Origin: a virus
Lineage: Duplodnaviria > Caudoviricetes
Virus record (IMG/VR): IMGVR_UViG_3300049141_000137
Span: 1 to 44,214 of that record
DNA: 44,214 nucleotides
Strand: one strand, 5' to 3'
The position numbers and the translations under genes are program-made. Position 1 is the stretch's first letter. Every line of letters begins with the position of its first letter. Below are positions 8,382-18,846 of this stretch, one piece after another. The notes beneath the pieces are model-generated. The model saw only the letters and a program-made list of their open reading frames with translations, was not told where the DNA came from and did not search any database.

Positions 8382-8414
8382 AAAAGGCGGCTACGGTCTA
8401 TCCGCAGCCGCCTT
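8382..8414 (-). terminator. Internal late-operon terminator
   Basis: AAGGCGGCTGCGG-ATAGA-CCGTAGCCGCCTTTT on the - strand. Confidence 0.75.
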
Positions 8415-8428
8415 CGATGGGGGAGGGG

Positions 8429-10000
8429 TTAGGAAATAACCCGGTCCTCTGCATAGTTGTTGCCGGCCACGGTCGTGATGCCTGTGAACCGAACTCGCTC
8501 GTTGGTGCCTTCCTGAAAGACTCCAGCCGTGAGGCCGTGCAGGTAAGCGCCAATGACGTTCACGTCCCGCGCGTTTGCAACCCTCACGCCGTACTGGGGG
8601 CTCGTGTTGGCCGTACCTCCGTCGTCTGTTCCGACGTAGCACCCGAGCCCAGTTACGACGACTGGAGCGCGGTTGAGGAGTGCGAGACCTGCGTAGCCCC
8701 CTCCGCCTGGCCCTCCATTTCGGCCGTCCCGTCGCGTATTCAGGGCGTTGATGAGAAAGGGGCCGTTGCCCGTCGCGTCGATTCGCACACCATCCCAACC
8801 GTTTCGGTCGGTGCTGCACGCGCTCAGGGTCATCGAGCCCGAGCCAGGCCAGTTACCCCACGCGCCGGTAATGTGGAATCCGTAACCGCCACACCACTCA
8901 ACACGGCAGGCTTCAAGAATGGTGTTGGCGGAGTTAACCAGCTTGATTCCAGTAGCCCAGCAGCCAATTACCTGAACGTCGATCAGAGAGAGGTCGGTCT
9001 GACGCTCAAACACGATGCCGTTAGCCTTGCAGTTGTCGACCATGACGGAGTGCAGGCGCCATGAGTACGGCCACTCATTCCCGGCATTGGCAGCGGTGAT
9101 GATGCCGTTGTTCGGCATCTTCCGAAGGCAGACATCCCGCATCACAACGTTCTGCACGTTCCCCTTGGAATAGACACCATCAAGAGTTCCGGTGGGTACC
9201 TTGGAGCCGTCGAGCATCAGATTGAAAATCCTCTGCTCACCGTTAATCGCGGGGTGAGTTCCGTCGGCATCGCCAATAATCTGAATCATGGCGCCAGTGG
9301 TGAACGTGGGAAGGGCCTGGATGTAGCACGGGAAATCCTCGTCGACCATCCCGGGCCCGATCATCAGGTTGGAGTGTGAGCCCATGAGGGTCACTCCGCG
9401 GGGAAGGTCCAAGGGCGCAGAGGTGCGATAGATACCCTTGGGGAAGTAGACGAGGCCGCCGATGCCGGCTGCGTTGATGGCCGACTGAATCGCGGTCGTG
9501 TCATCAGTGACCCCGTCGCCCTGGGCGCCGAAGGCGGGGGCCTGAACGTTCAGCCAGTCGAGGAGATCCGGAGGCGTGAGAACTGGGATCTGAGACGTTG
9601 GCACCTTGCCTGTGGTGTCGAGCGTCGCCAGGCCGTTAGCGGCGCCCCGGAGGGCCTCCAGCTCCGCCATGACAGCCTCTCGCGACCCATGGGGGTCATC
9701 AGCTCCCACGTGGGCAGACAGCCGCTCACCAACGTCGTTGGCCACCAGTGCAACCCGAGGGCCTCCGAAGTCGATCCAGAGCCGCTCAGCCCCCTCCGGG
9801 CCGTAGAAGCCGGGGATCATCCCGTCCTCGTCGGCAACCAGCTCGGTGATAGCGGCGCCGGACAGGTCCGTGAGGTCTGTTACCTGGGCAGCGCCATCGC
9901 TGGAGCCGTCCCAGCAAGTTCCAGTAGCACCAGGGACACGGGCACCCGTAACGTCCTCAGCCACGTCAGCGGCCGTGCCGCCGAACAGAAGTCGAGCCAT
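8429..10000 (-). CDS. Tailspike / receptor-binding protein with pectate-lyase-3-like right-handed beta-helix
   Basis: FGAQGDGVTDDTTAIQSAIN...VYFPKGIY signature followed by beta-helix-like repeats. Confidence 0.85.
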   Translation of the reverse strand: MARLLFGGTAADVAEDVTGARVPGATGTCWDGSSDGAAQVTDLTDLSGAAITELVADEDGMIPGFYGPEGAERLWIDFGGPRVALVANDVGERLSAHVGADDPHGSREAVMAELEALRGAANGLATLDTTGKVPTSQIPVLTPPDLLDWLNVQAPAFGAQGDGVTDDTTAIQSAINAAGIGGLVYFPKGIYRTSAPLDLPRGVTLMGSHSNLMIGPGMVDEDFPCYIQALPTFTTGAMIQIIGDADGTHPAINGEQRIFNLMLDGSKVPTGTLDGVYSKGNVQNVVMRDVCLRKMPNNGIITAANAGNEWPYSWRLHSVMVDNCKANGIVFERQTDLSLIDVQVIGCWATGIKLVNSANTILEACRVEWCGGYGFHITGAWGNWPGSGSMTLSACSTDRNGWDGVRIDATGNGPFLINALNTRRDGRNGGPGGGGYAGLALLNRAPVVVTGLGCYVGTDDGGTANTSPQYGVRVANARDVNVIGAYLHGLTAGVFQEGTNERVRFTGITTVAGNNYAEDRVIS

Positions 10001-10020
10001 GAAATCTCCTTAGGGGCAAC

Positions 10021-10042
10021 AAAAAAGCCCCCGGTGGGGGCT
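10021..10042 (-). terminator. Internal late-operon terminator
   Basis: AGCCCCC-ACC-GGGGGCTTTTTT. Confidence 0.75.
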
Positions 10043-10065
10043 GAGGCGTACGTAGGGGTAAGGCG

Positions 10066-11130
10066 TTACATCTCTGCGGCCTCATATGTTCCGGAGATGG
10101 TGAGGAACCCCTTACGGGGGAATATCGTCAAGCCGTCGAGGCCCTGTGACGTGGTGCTCGCGTTAGGTACGTAGAGGTAGAGGGTTGAGGTATTGCCACC
10201 TCTGTTGGTCTTACCCGTTACCTCAAGGAAGTTGGGCAGTGCCGGGGAACGTCCCGCGCCGTTGTTGTCGATGTGCCCAGTGACGATCTGACCGGTAGCG
10301 CCGTTCGCTGGAGTCGGCAGCGTCACACCAACAATCCAGTTGTCGCCGGTTGCCTTGATGTCAGACGAGGACGTACTAGCGATGTAGGCCGAGAACCAGA
10401 CCACGTTTGGAGCAATCCAACGCCACCGACCCGTGCGGGTCGCAGGGTTGCCGCAGTTGACCATGCTTGGCGTGTAGGTCCGAGACTTGCCCAGGTGTCG
10501 AGTGATCACCCGCCCGTCACGACCGTTGAAAGCCTCGTACTGCGAAAAGTTGCTGTTGTTGTCCATGTCCACGTAGAACGTGCCTCGTGGCTGAAGTGCC
10601 GCTCCCTCTTCCGCGTTCCAGGGGTAGGCCACCCGGGCAGGCACGTTGAACGGCATGCGGCCCTCGATGGTGACCGATGCGTTGTTGGCCGCTGCGGTGA
10701 CCTCATACAGAGGCATTTCCCAGAGACCGCCCGCCTGCCGGCGGGGAGTTGGGACTACCGGCGTAGCCGCAGCCGTGCCCGTAATCACGGCTATGTTTAC
10801 CGCGCTCTTAGCCATGTCGGCTTGAAGAACAATCAGGTCCTTACGCGGCTTGGTGGTGCTGTTATTGGGGATCGTGACAGACAGCGTTGCCGTCAGGGTG
10901 TAGTAGAAACCGCCTACCCAAGCCTTGCCTGGATTGATTTGAACGGTCCGCCCATTCACAACCGAGGCATTGAACGGCAGAGAGCTAGTTCCGTAGGTCG
11001 TTGCGGTTAGCTGGAAGTCAACTCGGTCACCGCCCCACATGTTTGCCATGGCTTGCCACTGGGATTGAGAGACGATCTGTGATCCCCCGTTGGCGTTGTC
11101 CGCGTTGAAGGGGTAACTGATCTCAGCCAC
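10066..11130 (-). CDS. Minor tail protein
   Basis: V.INPGKAWVGG.YY, PRKDLIVL and WEMPLYEV pattern typical of actinophage baseplate proteins; synteny. Confidence 0.8.
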   Translation of the reverse strand: MAEISYPFNADNANGGSQIVSQSQWQAMANMWGGDRVDFQLTATTYGTSSLPFNASVVNGRTVQINPGKAWVGGFYYTLTATLSVTIPNNSTTKPRKDLIVLQADMAKSAVNIAVITGTAAATPVVPTPRRQAGGLWEMPLYEVTAAANNASVTIEGRMPFNVPARVAYPWNAEEGAALQPRGTFYVDMDNNSNFSQYEAFNGRDGRVITRHLGKSRTYTPSMVNCGNPATRTGRWRWIAPNVVWFSAYIASTSSSDIKATGDNWIVGVTLPTPANGATGQIVTGHIDNNGAGRSPALPNFLEVTGKTNRGGNTSTLYLYVPNASTTSQGLDGLTIFPRKGFLTISGTYEAAEM

Positions 11131-11136
11131 GGGTAA

Positions 11137-12387
11137 TCACATCCTCGACTCAAGTCGGCGTAGCTTTCGCTGCATGTCATAAACGGTCTTGTAGAGGTTC
11201 AGTGGGTCGCCTGTGCCCTGCTTACCGATCTTCGGAGACACGTCCTGAACGTTTCCGCCATCGTCGATAGAGACGACAACCTCTCGAACAACATCGACGT
11301 ATTCCGTTCCGTCTACCGCAACGGTGACCTTGTCGCCCACAAAGTAGTGCTTGCCGAACTGGCAATCTGGTGTGTCGATGGGGTAAATCTGGAAGTTGCC
11401 GTTTCTCTCGCCCTCTTCCAGGACGGTACTTGCAGCATCCTTGGCGGCTTCCTTGGCGTCCTCGAATTCCTGATCCGTCATTGTCGAATCAGCCTTGATG
11501 ACCGCCCCTGTGGTCGTATTCAGCTTGAGCTGAATGTCGCGGCGGTCTACGAACTGCTCGATCTTCATACCCCACTCGGCCTCTGCCTCAGCGTCAACCT
11601 TCTGGTAGTAGTACCGATCAAACTTCTCGCCGGCACATCCCACGATGGCCCGAGTCACCTTCGGAGCGCTGAGCGTCCAAATGAACTCCCGGAGATTTCC
11701 TAGCTCAGGAGAGAATCGCACTTCCGCGGACTTGTCCGTAGGGCGGAAGACTTCGAGGTCGATACGCTGAGCCTGAGCGTTGTAGACGAAGCGGTAACCG
11801 ACACCCTTGGCGTCAAACCACTCTTCGAGCTTGGAGCCGATTACGTCCATTCGCATCTGGTCCGCGATGATGGGCCACGGCAGGGCTACCCCGTCAGGTT
11901 CAGTGCCGACATTCAGGCCCGTGACTCGTCGATCTGCAAGAGCACCAGGACCAAGAGCCCAGTTCAGCTCTCGCCATACGTGCTTCTCCATAGGGACTGA
12001 GGGCGCGATGAGGCGCCAGGGCCGAGCAGCCTGATACTGGTTGCCTACAGTCCTGGTGGGGTCAGGGAAGGCGAGACGCTGATAGGCGAGGGTGTTGTGG
12101 CACTTGCCTGCGATGTATAGCGAGCCCGGTCCTGTGTGCTGAAGCTTGGTCCAATACTTCTGATAGGTCTGAACCTGCCCCGACAGAAGCGGCTTGGAAA
12201 CGCCTTCCTGCCATATGGCAATCCCCCCACCCTTCTCTATGAGCTGGGCTTGGGGTGTGTCGTCCTTGATGAGGAGCTGCCAAGCACCTTCTTGCGAGAG
12301 ACGCACAGTGAAGTCAAGCGAGATCCATTCGTCAATCTCTCCGACGCGCTTTAGGTTCTTGTCGAACACCTCAACCCGATAGCCCAC
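11137..12387 (-). CDS. Minor tail protein (Gp37-like hub)
   Basis: Follows Dit; IEQFVDRRD and FGKHYFVGDKVTV motifs. Confidence 0.8.
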   Translation of the reverse strand: MGYRVEVFDKNLKRVGEIDEWISLDFTVRLSQEGAWQLLIKDDTPQAQLIEKGGGIAIWQEGVSKPLLSGQVQTYQKYWTKLQHTGPGSLYIAGKCHNTLAYQRLAFPDPTRTVGNQYQAARPWRLIAPSVPMEKHVWRELNWALGPGALADRRVTGLNVGTEPDGVALPWPIIADQMRMDVIGSKLEEWFDAKGVGYRFVYNAQAQRIDLEVFRPTDKSAEVRFSPELGNLREFIWTLSAPKVTRAIVGCAGEKFDRYYYQKVDAEAEAEWGMKIEQFVDRRDIQLKLNTTTGAVIKADSTMTDQEFEDAKEAAKDAASTVLEEGERNGNFQIYPIDTPDCQFGKHYFVGDKVTVAVDGTEYVDVVREVVVSIDDGGNVQDVSPKIGKQGTGDPLNLYKTVYDMQRKLRRLESRM

Positions 12388-12395
12388 GGAGCCCC

Positions 12396-13394
12396 CTATA
12401 CGTAAGACGCGTACCGGGGTTGGAAGGTGAGCACGACTGCTGCCTTGCCTGATCCGGTTACTACTGAGATGGATGCGTTGCTGTCGCCTGGCTCCACTGA
12501 CCAGAACTGTGGGTTAGTCGCGAGCTTGGGCCAGTAGTTGACGCCTAGGTCGTCCTTGACGGTCTTCTTTCCGGGCCGGGTGTCGATGGTGAGAACACGT
12601 CCCGCCGGCACCAGGTCCGAACTGTCTGCTGGCGCGTTGCCCTTCAGGGTTTCTCCGCTAGGACTGGTGAAGGTGAAGCTCTTGATGGGGCCGTGGAGTT
12701 GCCAGATGGGCCAAGCCTCGATGTCGCCAGGGTTCGAGATGACGAGACTTTCGCCGGGGCCACCCATGACGCCATCCGAAATCTTCATTGGGAAGAAGGC
12801 CGCGGTCGTGCTCAGGAATGGATCTCCAGTCCCGAAGTTCCATGAGGTCGTCTCATACCGGTCCTGATAGAACCATGGGTCCATAGCGGTGAAAGTGAGC
12901 CCGTACTTCGCCCATGTGAAACCAGCGGTGTCGGTGCTCTCAGAGCCCTCCATACCGCCCTTGTAGTAACAGGTGAGCTGTCGAGTCAGACCGCTGCCCT
13001 CGGTGAACTTCAGAAGGCAGTAACCCCGCTTGGGATTGAGGGCCTGGAACAGCTTGCGCTTCAGACTGTTGATGGTCTGTCGGTCGACCCCGTACAGGTA
13101 GACAGGGAGCATGATTTCCCGGGCTGCCGCCCGAGCAGAGCGGAATATGGCTCCATCGAGGTTCGGGGAGTCATCAGAGAAGAGCCCGAAGGGCGGCATA
13201 TCCAAGCCCGTGGCACCGGGCTGCATGATGATGGCGGGCCACTCTCGGCCAGAGAACAAGGTCAGGGGGATTTCCTCCCCCTGACCATTGCTCCCGACGA
13301 CAGAGACGCTCGTCCGACCCCACTGGACCGGTGCCGGCGGCTGTGGCCTGATGACCACAGGTGGAGCCGGTCGTGTCCTTACCGGAATTGGCAT
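12396..13394 (-). CDS. Distal tail protein (Dit)
   Basis: After the tape measure; GLDMPP, A.DPWFY, NPGDIEAWP and LTIDTRP motifs. Confidence 0.85.
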   Translation of the reverse strand: MPIPVRTRPAPPVVIRPQPPAPVQWGRTSVSVVGSNGQGEEIPLTLFSGREWPAIIMQPGATGLDMPPFGLFSDDSPNLDGAIFRSARAAAREIMLPVYLYGVDRQTINSLKRKLFQALNPKRGYCLLKFTEGSGLTRQLTCYYKGGMEGSESTDTAGFTWAKYGLTFTAMDPWFYQDRYETTSWNFGTGDPFLSTTAAFFPMKISDGVMGGPGESLVISNPGDIEAWPIWQLHGPIKSFTFTSPSGETLKGNAPADSSDLVPAGRVLTIDTRPGKKTVKDDLGVNYWPKLATNPQFWSVEPGDSNASISVVTGSGKAAVVLTFQPRYASYV

Positions 13395-13406
13395 ATGGGG
13401 TCCCCC

Positions 13407-16400
13407 TTACAGGTAAAGGGCCTCCGCAGTCTGGAGAGCCCTTAGCACTGCCTGAGGCGTCGGCTCGTTGCGAGCCTCATGGACGTGGATTTCGTATCGC
13501 TTGCCGTTGAGAATCCCTTCGGTCTCCTCGTTGTTGAACACCCGCTCTCCGCCACCGAAGGCGACGAGTTCACGGCCCTTCTCGCCCACCATGGCAAGGC
13601 CAGGAGAGGCGGAGATGGTTCCCGTCGCATATCCCTTGTTGCCAGAGAGGGCCTTCTGCCAGTTGCCGCCGTAGCGATTTCGGGCATAGTTGAGGCCGGA
13701 ATAGATGTTGGCCAACGGATTAACAGAGGTGCCATAAAGGAACGGCCCTGTCTTTCGGAAGGGACCTGCCCAACGCTGGAAGGTGGGCCCAATGACCTGC
13801 ATAAGACCAACCGACGGATGGCCCATCTTCCAGTTGCTATCCCACTTGTTGACGACGGTCGGGTTACCCCCGGACTCGACGCCAATACGGTGCATGACCA
13901 GTGGGAGAGCGCTAGAAGGGAGCCCCAGCATGGCGAGAGCCTGAGCGGCAACAGGTGCCCATCTCTGGACGCCCTTACCTGAGCCAGGCTCAACGATCAT
14001 GTTGGCGATATCAGGGATATTCGCCGTGACCTTAGAGCCACTGCTGAAGTCGAACAAGCCCTTCGTGTTCGGCATTGCTTCCTGGGCATTGGCCATCACG
14101 CCACCGAGGACGCGCCCGGCGTAAGCCATCGGCGCATCCCTGATTTCCTTCACGGTCTCGACCATGTCAATCAGGCTGTTGTACGAGCCCGAGAAGATCC
14201 CGCCGATATCGTCGAAGGCATCCGAGATGGCGCCAAAGGGATCGGTTGCAAGATCCCAGATGGAGCTTGCGGAGTCCTTTACGCCACTGAACAGGTTGTC
14301 CCAAACCTTGCTCACGGTCTCCGTACTGAAGACGTGACCCATGTACTTCTTACCCCGGTCAACGATGTTGCCCGAGCCCTTCCAAACGTCCGACCAGAAA
14401 TAGTCACCGAGGACGGGACCGAGAGCCCCGCCGAGGATTCCCGCAATCTGACCGACTCCGGAGGGCACTCGCTTGAGGAGCGAGAACAGATCCTCAGTCA
14501 TCCAGTCGTACATCCCACGGAACTTCGTAGCCGTGACAGAACCACCGATGCCGGCGGAGTGGTCACCCGTCCGCAGAATGCCGCCCTGAACGCTGCCGCC
14601 CAGCGGGTCAGACGATCCGTCGAGCTTCATCGTCTTGAGCATCGCAGTACCAACCGGAGCGATGTTCTGAAGGTCGATCATTTCCCGGATGGCGTCCAGG
14701 TTCAGCGCGCTTCCGCCCCCGCTAGTACCGCGAGCGTGACGGCTGATCTTTCCTCGGACAGCGAGGGAGTTCCATGTGTTGATGGTCTCCTCGCCCAAGG
14801 CGTTAGTCACCTCAGGACGGAGAACGGATTCACCCGGGGAAAGGACGGCTGGGATGTTGTCGACCCAAGGGGCGTATCCAGGCATGACGCCGTACATGGA
14901 TACGTCAGCCTGAGTTGCGACACCACCGCGGGCGTTCTTCTTGCCCTTGGAGGAGCCACCACCACCACCGGGAGACTTCTTCCCGATCCGGTCGAGGGCA
15001 CCATCAAGCCCATCGCCCTCGTCCTTGGCCTTCTTCAGAGCCTTGGCAAGGTCATCGACATGCCCCTTGACCTTGGACAAGGAGCGACCGTTCAGGAGAC
15101 CGACCCGGCCCGCAAGCGAGCCCGCACCCGTACCCTGACCAACCTTCTTGTAGGCGTCATCAGCGGAACTCGTGAGCTTCTTGAACTCCTGGATGATGTC
15201 CGTCAGACGACGCTTGTTCAGGTTGGCCGTACGGCCAGAGGTGGACGAGGACATAGCCCCGTCGCCGATCTGGTCGGCAGCACGCTTGGCAGCGTCTCTC
15301 AGGTCGTTGATGGAGCCGGTGACTCCACTGACCCGCTTACCGTCGAGGTTGCCAACACGGGTGTTGTCGGAAGTGATTTCCTTCCCGGCGTTCTGCGCAG
15401 CCGACTTGAGCTGATCGAACTCGGTGGTGACCGCGTTGAGGTTCTTGCCGTTCAGCGTGTCAACGTCGTTCTTGACCGTGCCGAGGCGGGAGACCACATC
15501 GCGGGCCGCCTTCTCGACCTTTTCAACCTCCTGGCGGAGCTGGTTGAGGTTGGTGTTGTTGGCCTGCTGAGTCCGTGTCTGGACCGAGTTGACCGCCTGG
15601 CCCGCCTGATTGGCGGCACCCTGCACAGAGCCGCTGCCGTTGCCGGCGAGCGCGGCCGTGATCTGCCTCATGGACTCGCGGTTGGTCTCGCGCAGCTCGT
15701 CACGGAGCCGAACGGCCTCGTCCCGTGCTTCGCGGATCTGGTCCTCAAGAGCCCGCATCTGCCGCTGTCCGTCAGCCTCACGGGAGTCACGGCCCATGAA
15801 GCCGTCTAGGAGCCTCTGACGAGTCGTCCGGCTGTCACCGTTGCGGTTGGTAGCCCTCTGCTGCCCGTAGGCGTCTCGGCCTGCCTGACGGATCGCGTCA
15901 CGAGAGCGGCCCTGAGTACGGGCCTCGTTGCGAGCGTCCCGAGCTGCACGCCGCTGACTGCGGATGTCCCGCTGCCCCTCGTAGGCGCGTACACCAGCTC
16001 GGGTCACAGCAGCAGCAGGGGCGAAGAGACGGCCGACCAGGCCCACGGCCTTGCCGACGACCTTGGACAAGAGACCCACGGCGAGGATCAGAGGTCCCCA
16101 CTCCAACAGGAACTCAGCAATCGGCTTGGCCAGATCAGCCAAACCTGATTCCTCAATCCACGTGGCAGCACGGTCAATCGTGCTGATGAAGGTCTCGACG
16201 CCATCGAGGAAGAGACCAAGGAAGTCATCGACCTTCGGCGCCCACTTCTTTGCCAGATCGGTGACCTGGTTCAGAATCCCCTCTTCACCAGCAATCCGGT
16301 TACCTAGGTCGGTGTACCGATACTGTCCACCCTCACCTTCCTCGACAAACAGATTGCCGAGTTCAAACGAAGCACGCTCCTTCATCTGCTGGAGTCGACC

Positions 16401-18047
16401 GGTAATAGTCTCGCTAGTCATCTTCGCAGCAAAGCCCTTGGAGCCCTCGCCCGTGGCGGAACCACCCTTGTACTTCTCGGGGTTCCAGTAATTGAGCATG
16501 GCATCCATGATCTGACGACCAGTGACACCGCCACCATCCTTGGCGGGGGTACCAATGACCTTCCACATCTCCGTAGAGTTCTTGAACCCGAGGAGTGCGG
16601 CAAGCTCGGAAGCGGGCATACCTGAAGCGGCAGCGAGCTGCTTCACGTTCTTCGTGGGCGCCCGGTCCATATCCATGATCATGTCCATCGCATACATAGC
16701 GCGCTGGAACTGCTGCGGATTGAGGTTACCCGCACGGGCCATCGAGTCACCGATAGCCATAATCAGGTCAGTCGTCTGGGCGGCAGCGCTGTTGGCTGCA
16801 TTCGTCCGCGTACCCGCGTCCTTGCTGTACCACTTCTTATCTGTACCAGCAACGGACCGAATAAGCTTCATCTGATATTCGTGCATTACGTCAATTGAGA
16901 ACGGCGTGTCAATTGCGTATTCCTGGATAAGCCGCATCTGTTCAGCAGACGCAGACTTGGAGACACCAGCCGAGGAAAGACCGAGCTGACCGAGAAGACG
17001 CTTATCCGCGTTCTCAACACCGATAGCCGTCAGAGCGGCGCCGGCACCAGCCAGCGGAGCGAGGAAACGAGTCGTCAGAATGTTGGCGGCCTCGTTGATG
17101 GACATGCCCACCTGATCGAACCAAGTACCCATACGGCGAAGGGCAGTTCCAGTCCGGGTGAAATAGGACTGAGTGGTTGTGTTGGCGGTGTTGATGTTGC
17201 GGTTCAGGTCCCGGATCTGGTCACGGAGAACCGTCATACGCTGCTGCTGATCCGCTATGCCGTCCTGAAGTGTTGCCCGCTGGGCGGCAGCCTGCTCGCG
17301 CAGGGCAGCTACCTGCTGCTGTACCGCAGAACGCTGTGCCTGGACCTGGGCCCGCACGGCAGCCCGGTGAGCGGCAGTCTGCGCCTGCAACTCAGCCTTG
17401 TATCGGGCAGTCTCCTGCTGCATCGTGGCCACACGGATACGGGACGCCTCGCGCAGCTCGATTTCGCGCGTACGGTTGGCCTCCCGAAGAGCCTGGATCC
17501 TCAGACGCTCCTGAGCCTGCTCAAGCCGGGTCTTCTGCATCTCCAGCCGAGCATGGTCAGTGGCGTTCTTCTTCATCAGGCGAAGGCGATCCTTCTCCAG
17601 CCTTTCAGCAGCGGCCTGACGCTGCCTGGCGGCCTGCTCCTCCTGCCGCACGGTCTCACGGAGAGCGGCCTTCGTAGCGCTGGAGGCCTTCTTAAGGGCC
17701 TTCTCCTTCTTCTGCTCAAGGTCACGGAAAGTGCGCCACCGCTTAGCGGCTTCCTCTCCGTACTCCCGAGTGATCTGCTCCTCAATGCGCTTCAGATCCT
17801 TAGCGGATTCCTTCTTGCGCTTCTTGGTGCTCTCGTTAGCCTTCTTGGCCGCCTTGTCGACCTCACCCGGGAGAGCGGCAAGCCCCTTCTTGGCTCCATC
17901 GGAGATGTCCTTAGCGGCCTTGGCGCCAAGCGCCTGCATCTCCCTCTGAACCTTACGGCGGAGGTCTTCCACGTCCTTCTGAAGGACCTTAGGAATGATC
18001 TCGATATACCCGGTACCGACCTTGATGGGGCCGCGTCCTTCAGCCAT
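13407..18047 (-). CDS. Tape measure protein with C-terminal lytic transglycosylase (SLT) domain
   Basis: 1546 aa, helical and Ala-rich; ESGGNP..N.WDSN...G.PS.GLMQVI.PTF; AMVGEKGRELV. Confidence 0.95.
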   Translation of the reverse strand: MAEGRGPIKVGTGYIEIIPKVLQKDVEDLRRKVQREMQALGAKAAKDISDGAKKGLAALPGEVDKAAKKANESTKKRKKESAKDLKRIEEQITREYGEEAAKRWRTFRDLEQKKEKALKKASSATKAALRETVRQEEQAARQRQAAAERLEKDRLRLMKKNATDHARLEMQKTRLEQAQERLRIQALREANRTREIELREASRIRVATMQQETARYKAELQAQTAAHRAAVRAQVQAQRSAVQQQVAALREQAAAQRATLQDGIADQQQRMTVLRDQIRDLNRNINTANTTTQSYFTRTGTALRRMGTWFDQVGMSINEAANILTTRFLAPLAGAGAALTAIGVENADKRLLGQLGLSSAGVSKSASAEQMRLIQEYAIDTPFSIDVMHEYQMKLIRSVAGTDKKWYSKDAGTRTNAANSAAAQTTDLIMAIGDSMARAGNLNPQQFQRAMYAMDMIMDMDRAPTKNVKQLAAASGMPASELAALLGFKNSTEMWKVIGTPAKDGGGVTGRQIMDAMLNYWNPEKYKGGSATGEGSKGFAAKMTSETITGRLQQMKERASFELGNLFVEEGEGGQYRYTDLGNRIAGEEGILNQVTDLAKKWAPKVDDFLGLFLDGVETFISTIDRAATWIEESGLADLAKPIAEFLLEWGPLILAVGLLSKVVGKAVGLVGRLFAPAAAVTRAGVRAYEGQRDIRSQRRAARDARNEARTQGRSRDAIRQAGRDAYGQQRATNRNGDSRTTRQRLLDGFMGRDSREADGQRQMRALEDQIREARDEAVRLRDELRETNRESMRQITAALAGNGSGSVQGAANQAGQAVNSVQTRTQQANNTNLNQLRQEVEKVEKAARDVVSRLGTVKNDVDTLNGKNLNAVTTEFDQLKSAAQNAGKEITSDNTRVGNLDGKRVSGVTGSINDLRDAAKRAADQIGDGAMSSSTSGRTANLNKRRLTDIIQEFKKLTSSADDAYKKVGQGTGAGSLAGRVGLLNGRSLSKVKGHVDDLAKALKKAKDEGDGLDGALDRIGKKSPGGGGGSSKGKKNARGGVATQADVSMYGVMPGYAPWVDNIPAVLSPGESVLRPEVTNALGEETINTWNSLAVRGKISRHARGTSGGGSALNLDAIREMIDLQNIAPVGTAMLKTMKLDGSSDPLGGSVQGGILRTGDHSAGIGGSVTATKFRGMYDWMTEDLFSLLKRVPSGVGQIAGILGGALGPVLGDYFWSDVWKGSGNIVDRGKKYMGHVFSTETVSKVWDNLFSGVKDSASSIWDLATDPFGAISDAFDDIGGIFSGSYNSLIDMVETVKEIRDAPMAYAGRVLGGVMANAQEAMPNTKGLFDFSSGSKVTANIPDIANMIVEPGSGKGVQRWAPVAAQALAMLGLPSSALPLVMHRIGVESGGNPTVVNKWDSNWKMGHPSVGLMQVIGPTFQRWAGPFRKTGPFLYGTSVNPLANIYSGLNYARNRYGGNWQKALSGNKGYATGTISASPGLAMVGEKGRELVAFGGGERVFNNEETEGILNGKRYEIHVHEARNEPTPQAVLRALQTAEALYL

Positions 18048-18055
18048 GGAACCTC

Positions 18056-18777
18056 CTAGGCGCTGTTCAGCCGCCCAAAGAAGGCCGTGAGTTCCTGCGC
18101 ATCGCTGAACTCCGACTCACGCTGTTCGGGCTGCGGCTCCGGTTCGCCGGGCCGTGGAATCGGTGGAGGAAGCTCAAGGTCTCGTGCGTCCTCGTCGGGG
18201 ACGTTCGCCTTGAGAAAAAGGAAGTTGGAAAGCTCAAGCGCGTCAGACACACGCGCGAGCATGTAACTGCTCTCGGGCCAGGAGGCACGTTCATCCATGG
18301 CCATCAGCAGAGTTGAGCGTCCGGGCTTACTCATCAGAGAACGGATGAGCACACCCACACGCCTAAGAGAAAGCCGTCCGCGCCACACGTCCAGGAGGTC
18401 AACCCCGAAGAACTCAAGCAAGTCCGCTTCAAGTTCATCGGGGAACTCCCGGATGACACGGACGACTGTTATCAGTTTCCCGACTCGTCGTCCTGCCCCT
18501 GTGCCTCGCCCATCTTGCGGGCGAACTCACCGAAGTCCTCGATGGTCGGGCGAGTGGAGAGGTAGGCCGCCCACTGGTCCTCGCCAAGGATGAGCTGAGT
18601 GGCAACAATCTCGTCATCCGTCATCAGCACCTCAAGAGGGAAGTGCTTCGGGTGAGGAAGCTTGAAGGTCAGGCCGCGGTGCTCGAACGATGCAAAGGTC
18701 TCGGTAGCTTCGGCCGCAGCCGCCGCAACCTTCTTCGTGCCGTTCTTCTTCGCACCAGACTTCTTCTCAGTAGGCAT
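18056..18777 (-). CDS. Tail assembly chaperone, long form (-1 frameshift product)
   Basis: G GGA AAC slippery heptamer at 18475-18481 just before the stop; the -1 frame is open into 18056-18421. Confidence 0.85.
18472..18777 (-). CDS. Tail assembly chaperone, short form
   Basis: Between the major tail and tape measure genes; ends DDESGN*. Confidence 0.88.
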   Translation of the reverse strand: MPTEKKSGAKKNGTKKVAAAAAEATETFASFEHRGLTFKLPHPKHFPLEVLMTDDEIVATQLILGEDQWAAYLSTRPTIEDFGEFARKMGEAQGQDDESGN

Positions 18778-18846
18778 GGGGAACTCCTTGGGGTGGGGTG
18801 AGAGAGAGTGCCGGGGGCGTAACCCCGCCCCGGCTCAGGGCATCAC

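Noticed and set aside
9931-9939. CAGGGACAC match in the tailspike gene
   Set aside because: Antisense to a coding region and with no flanking stem; likely chance.
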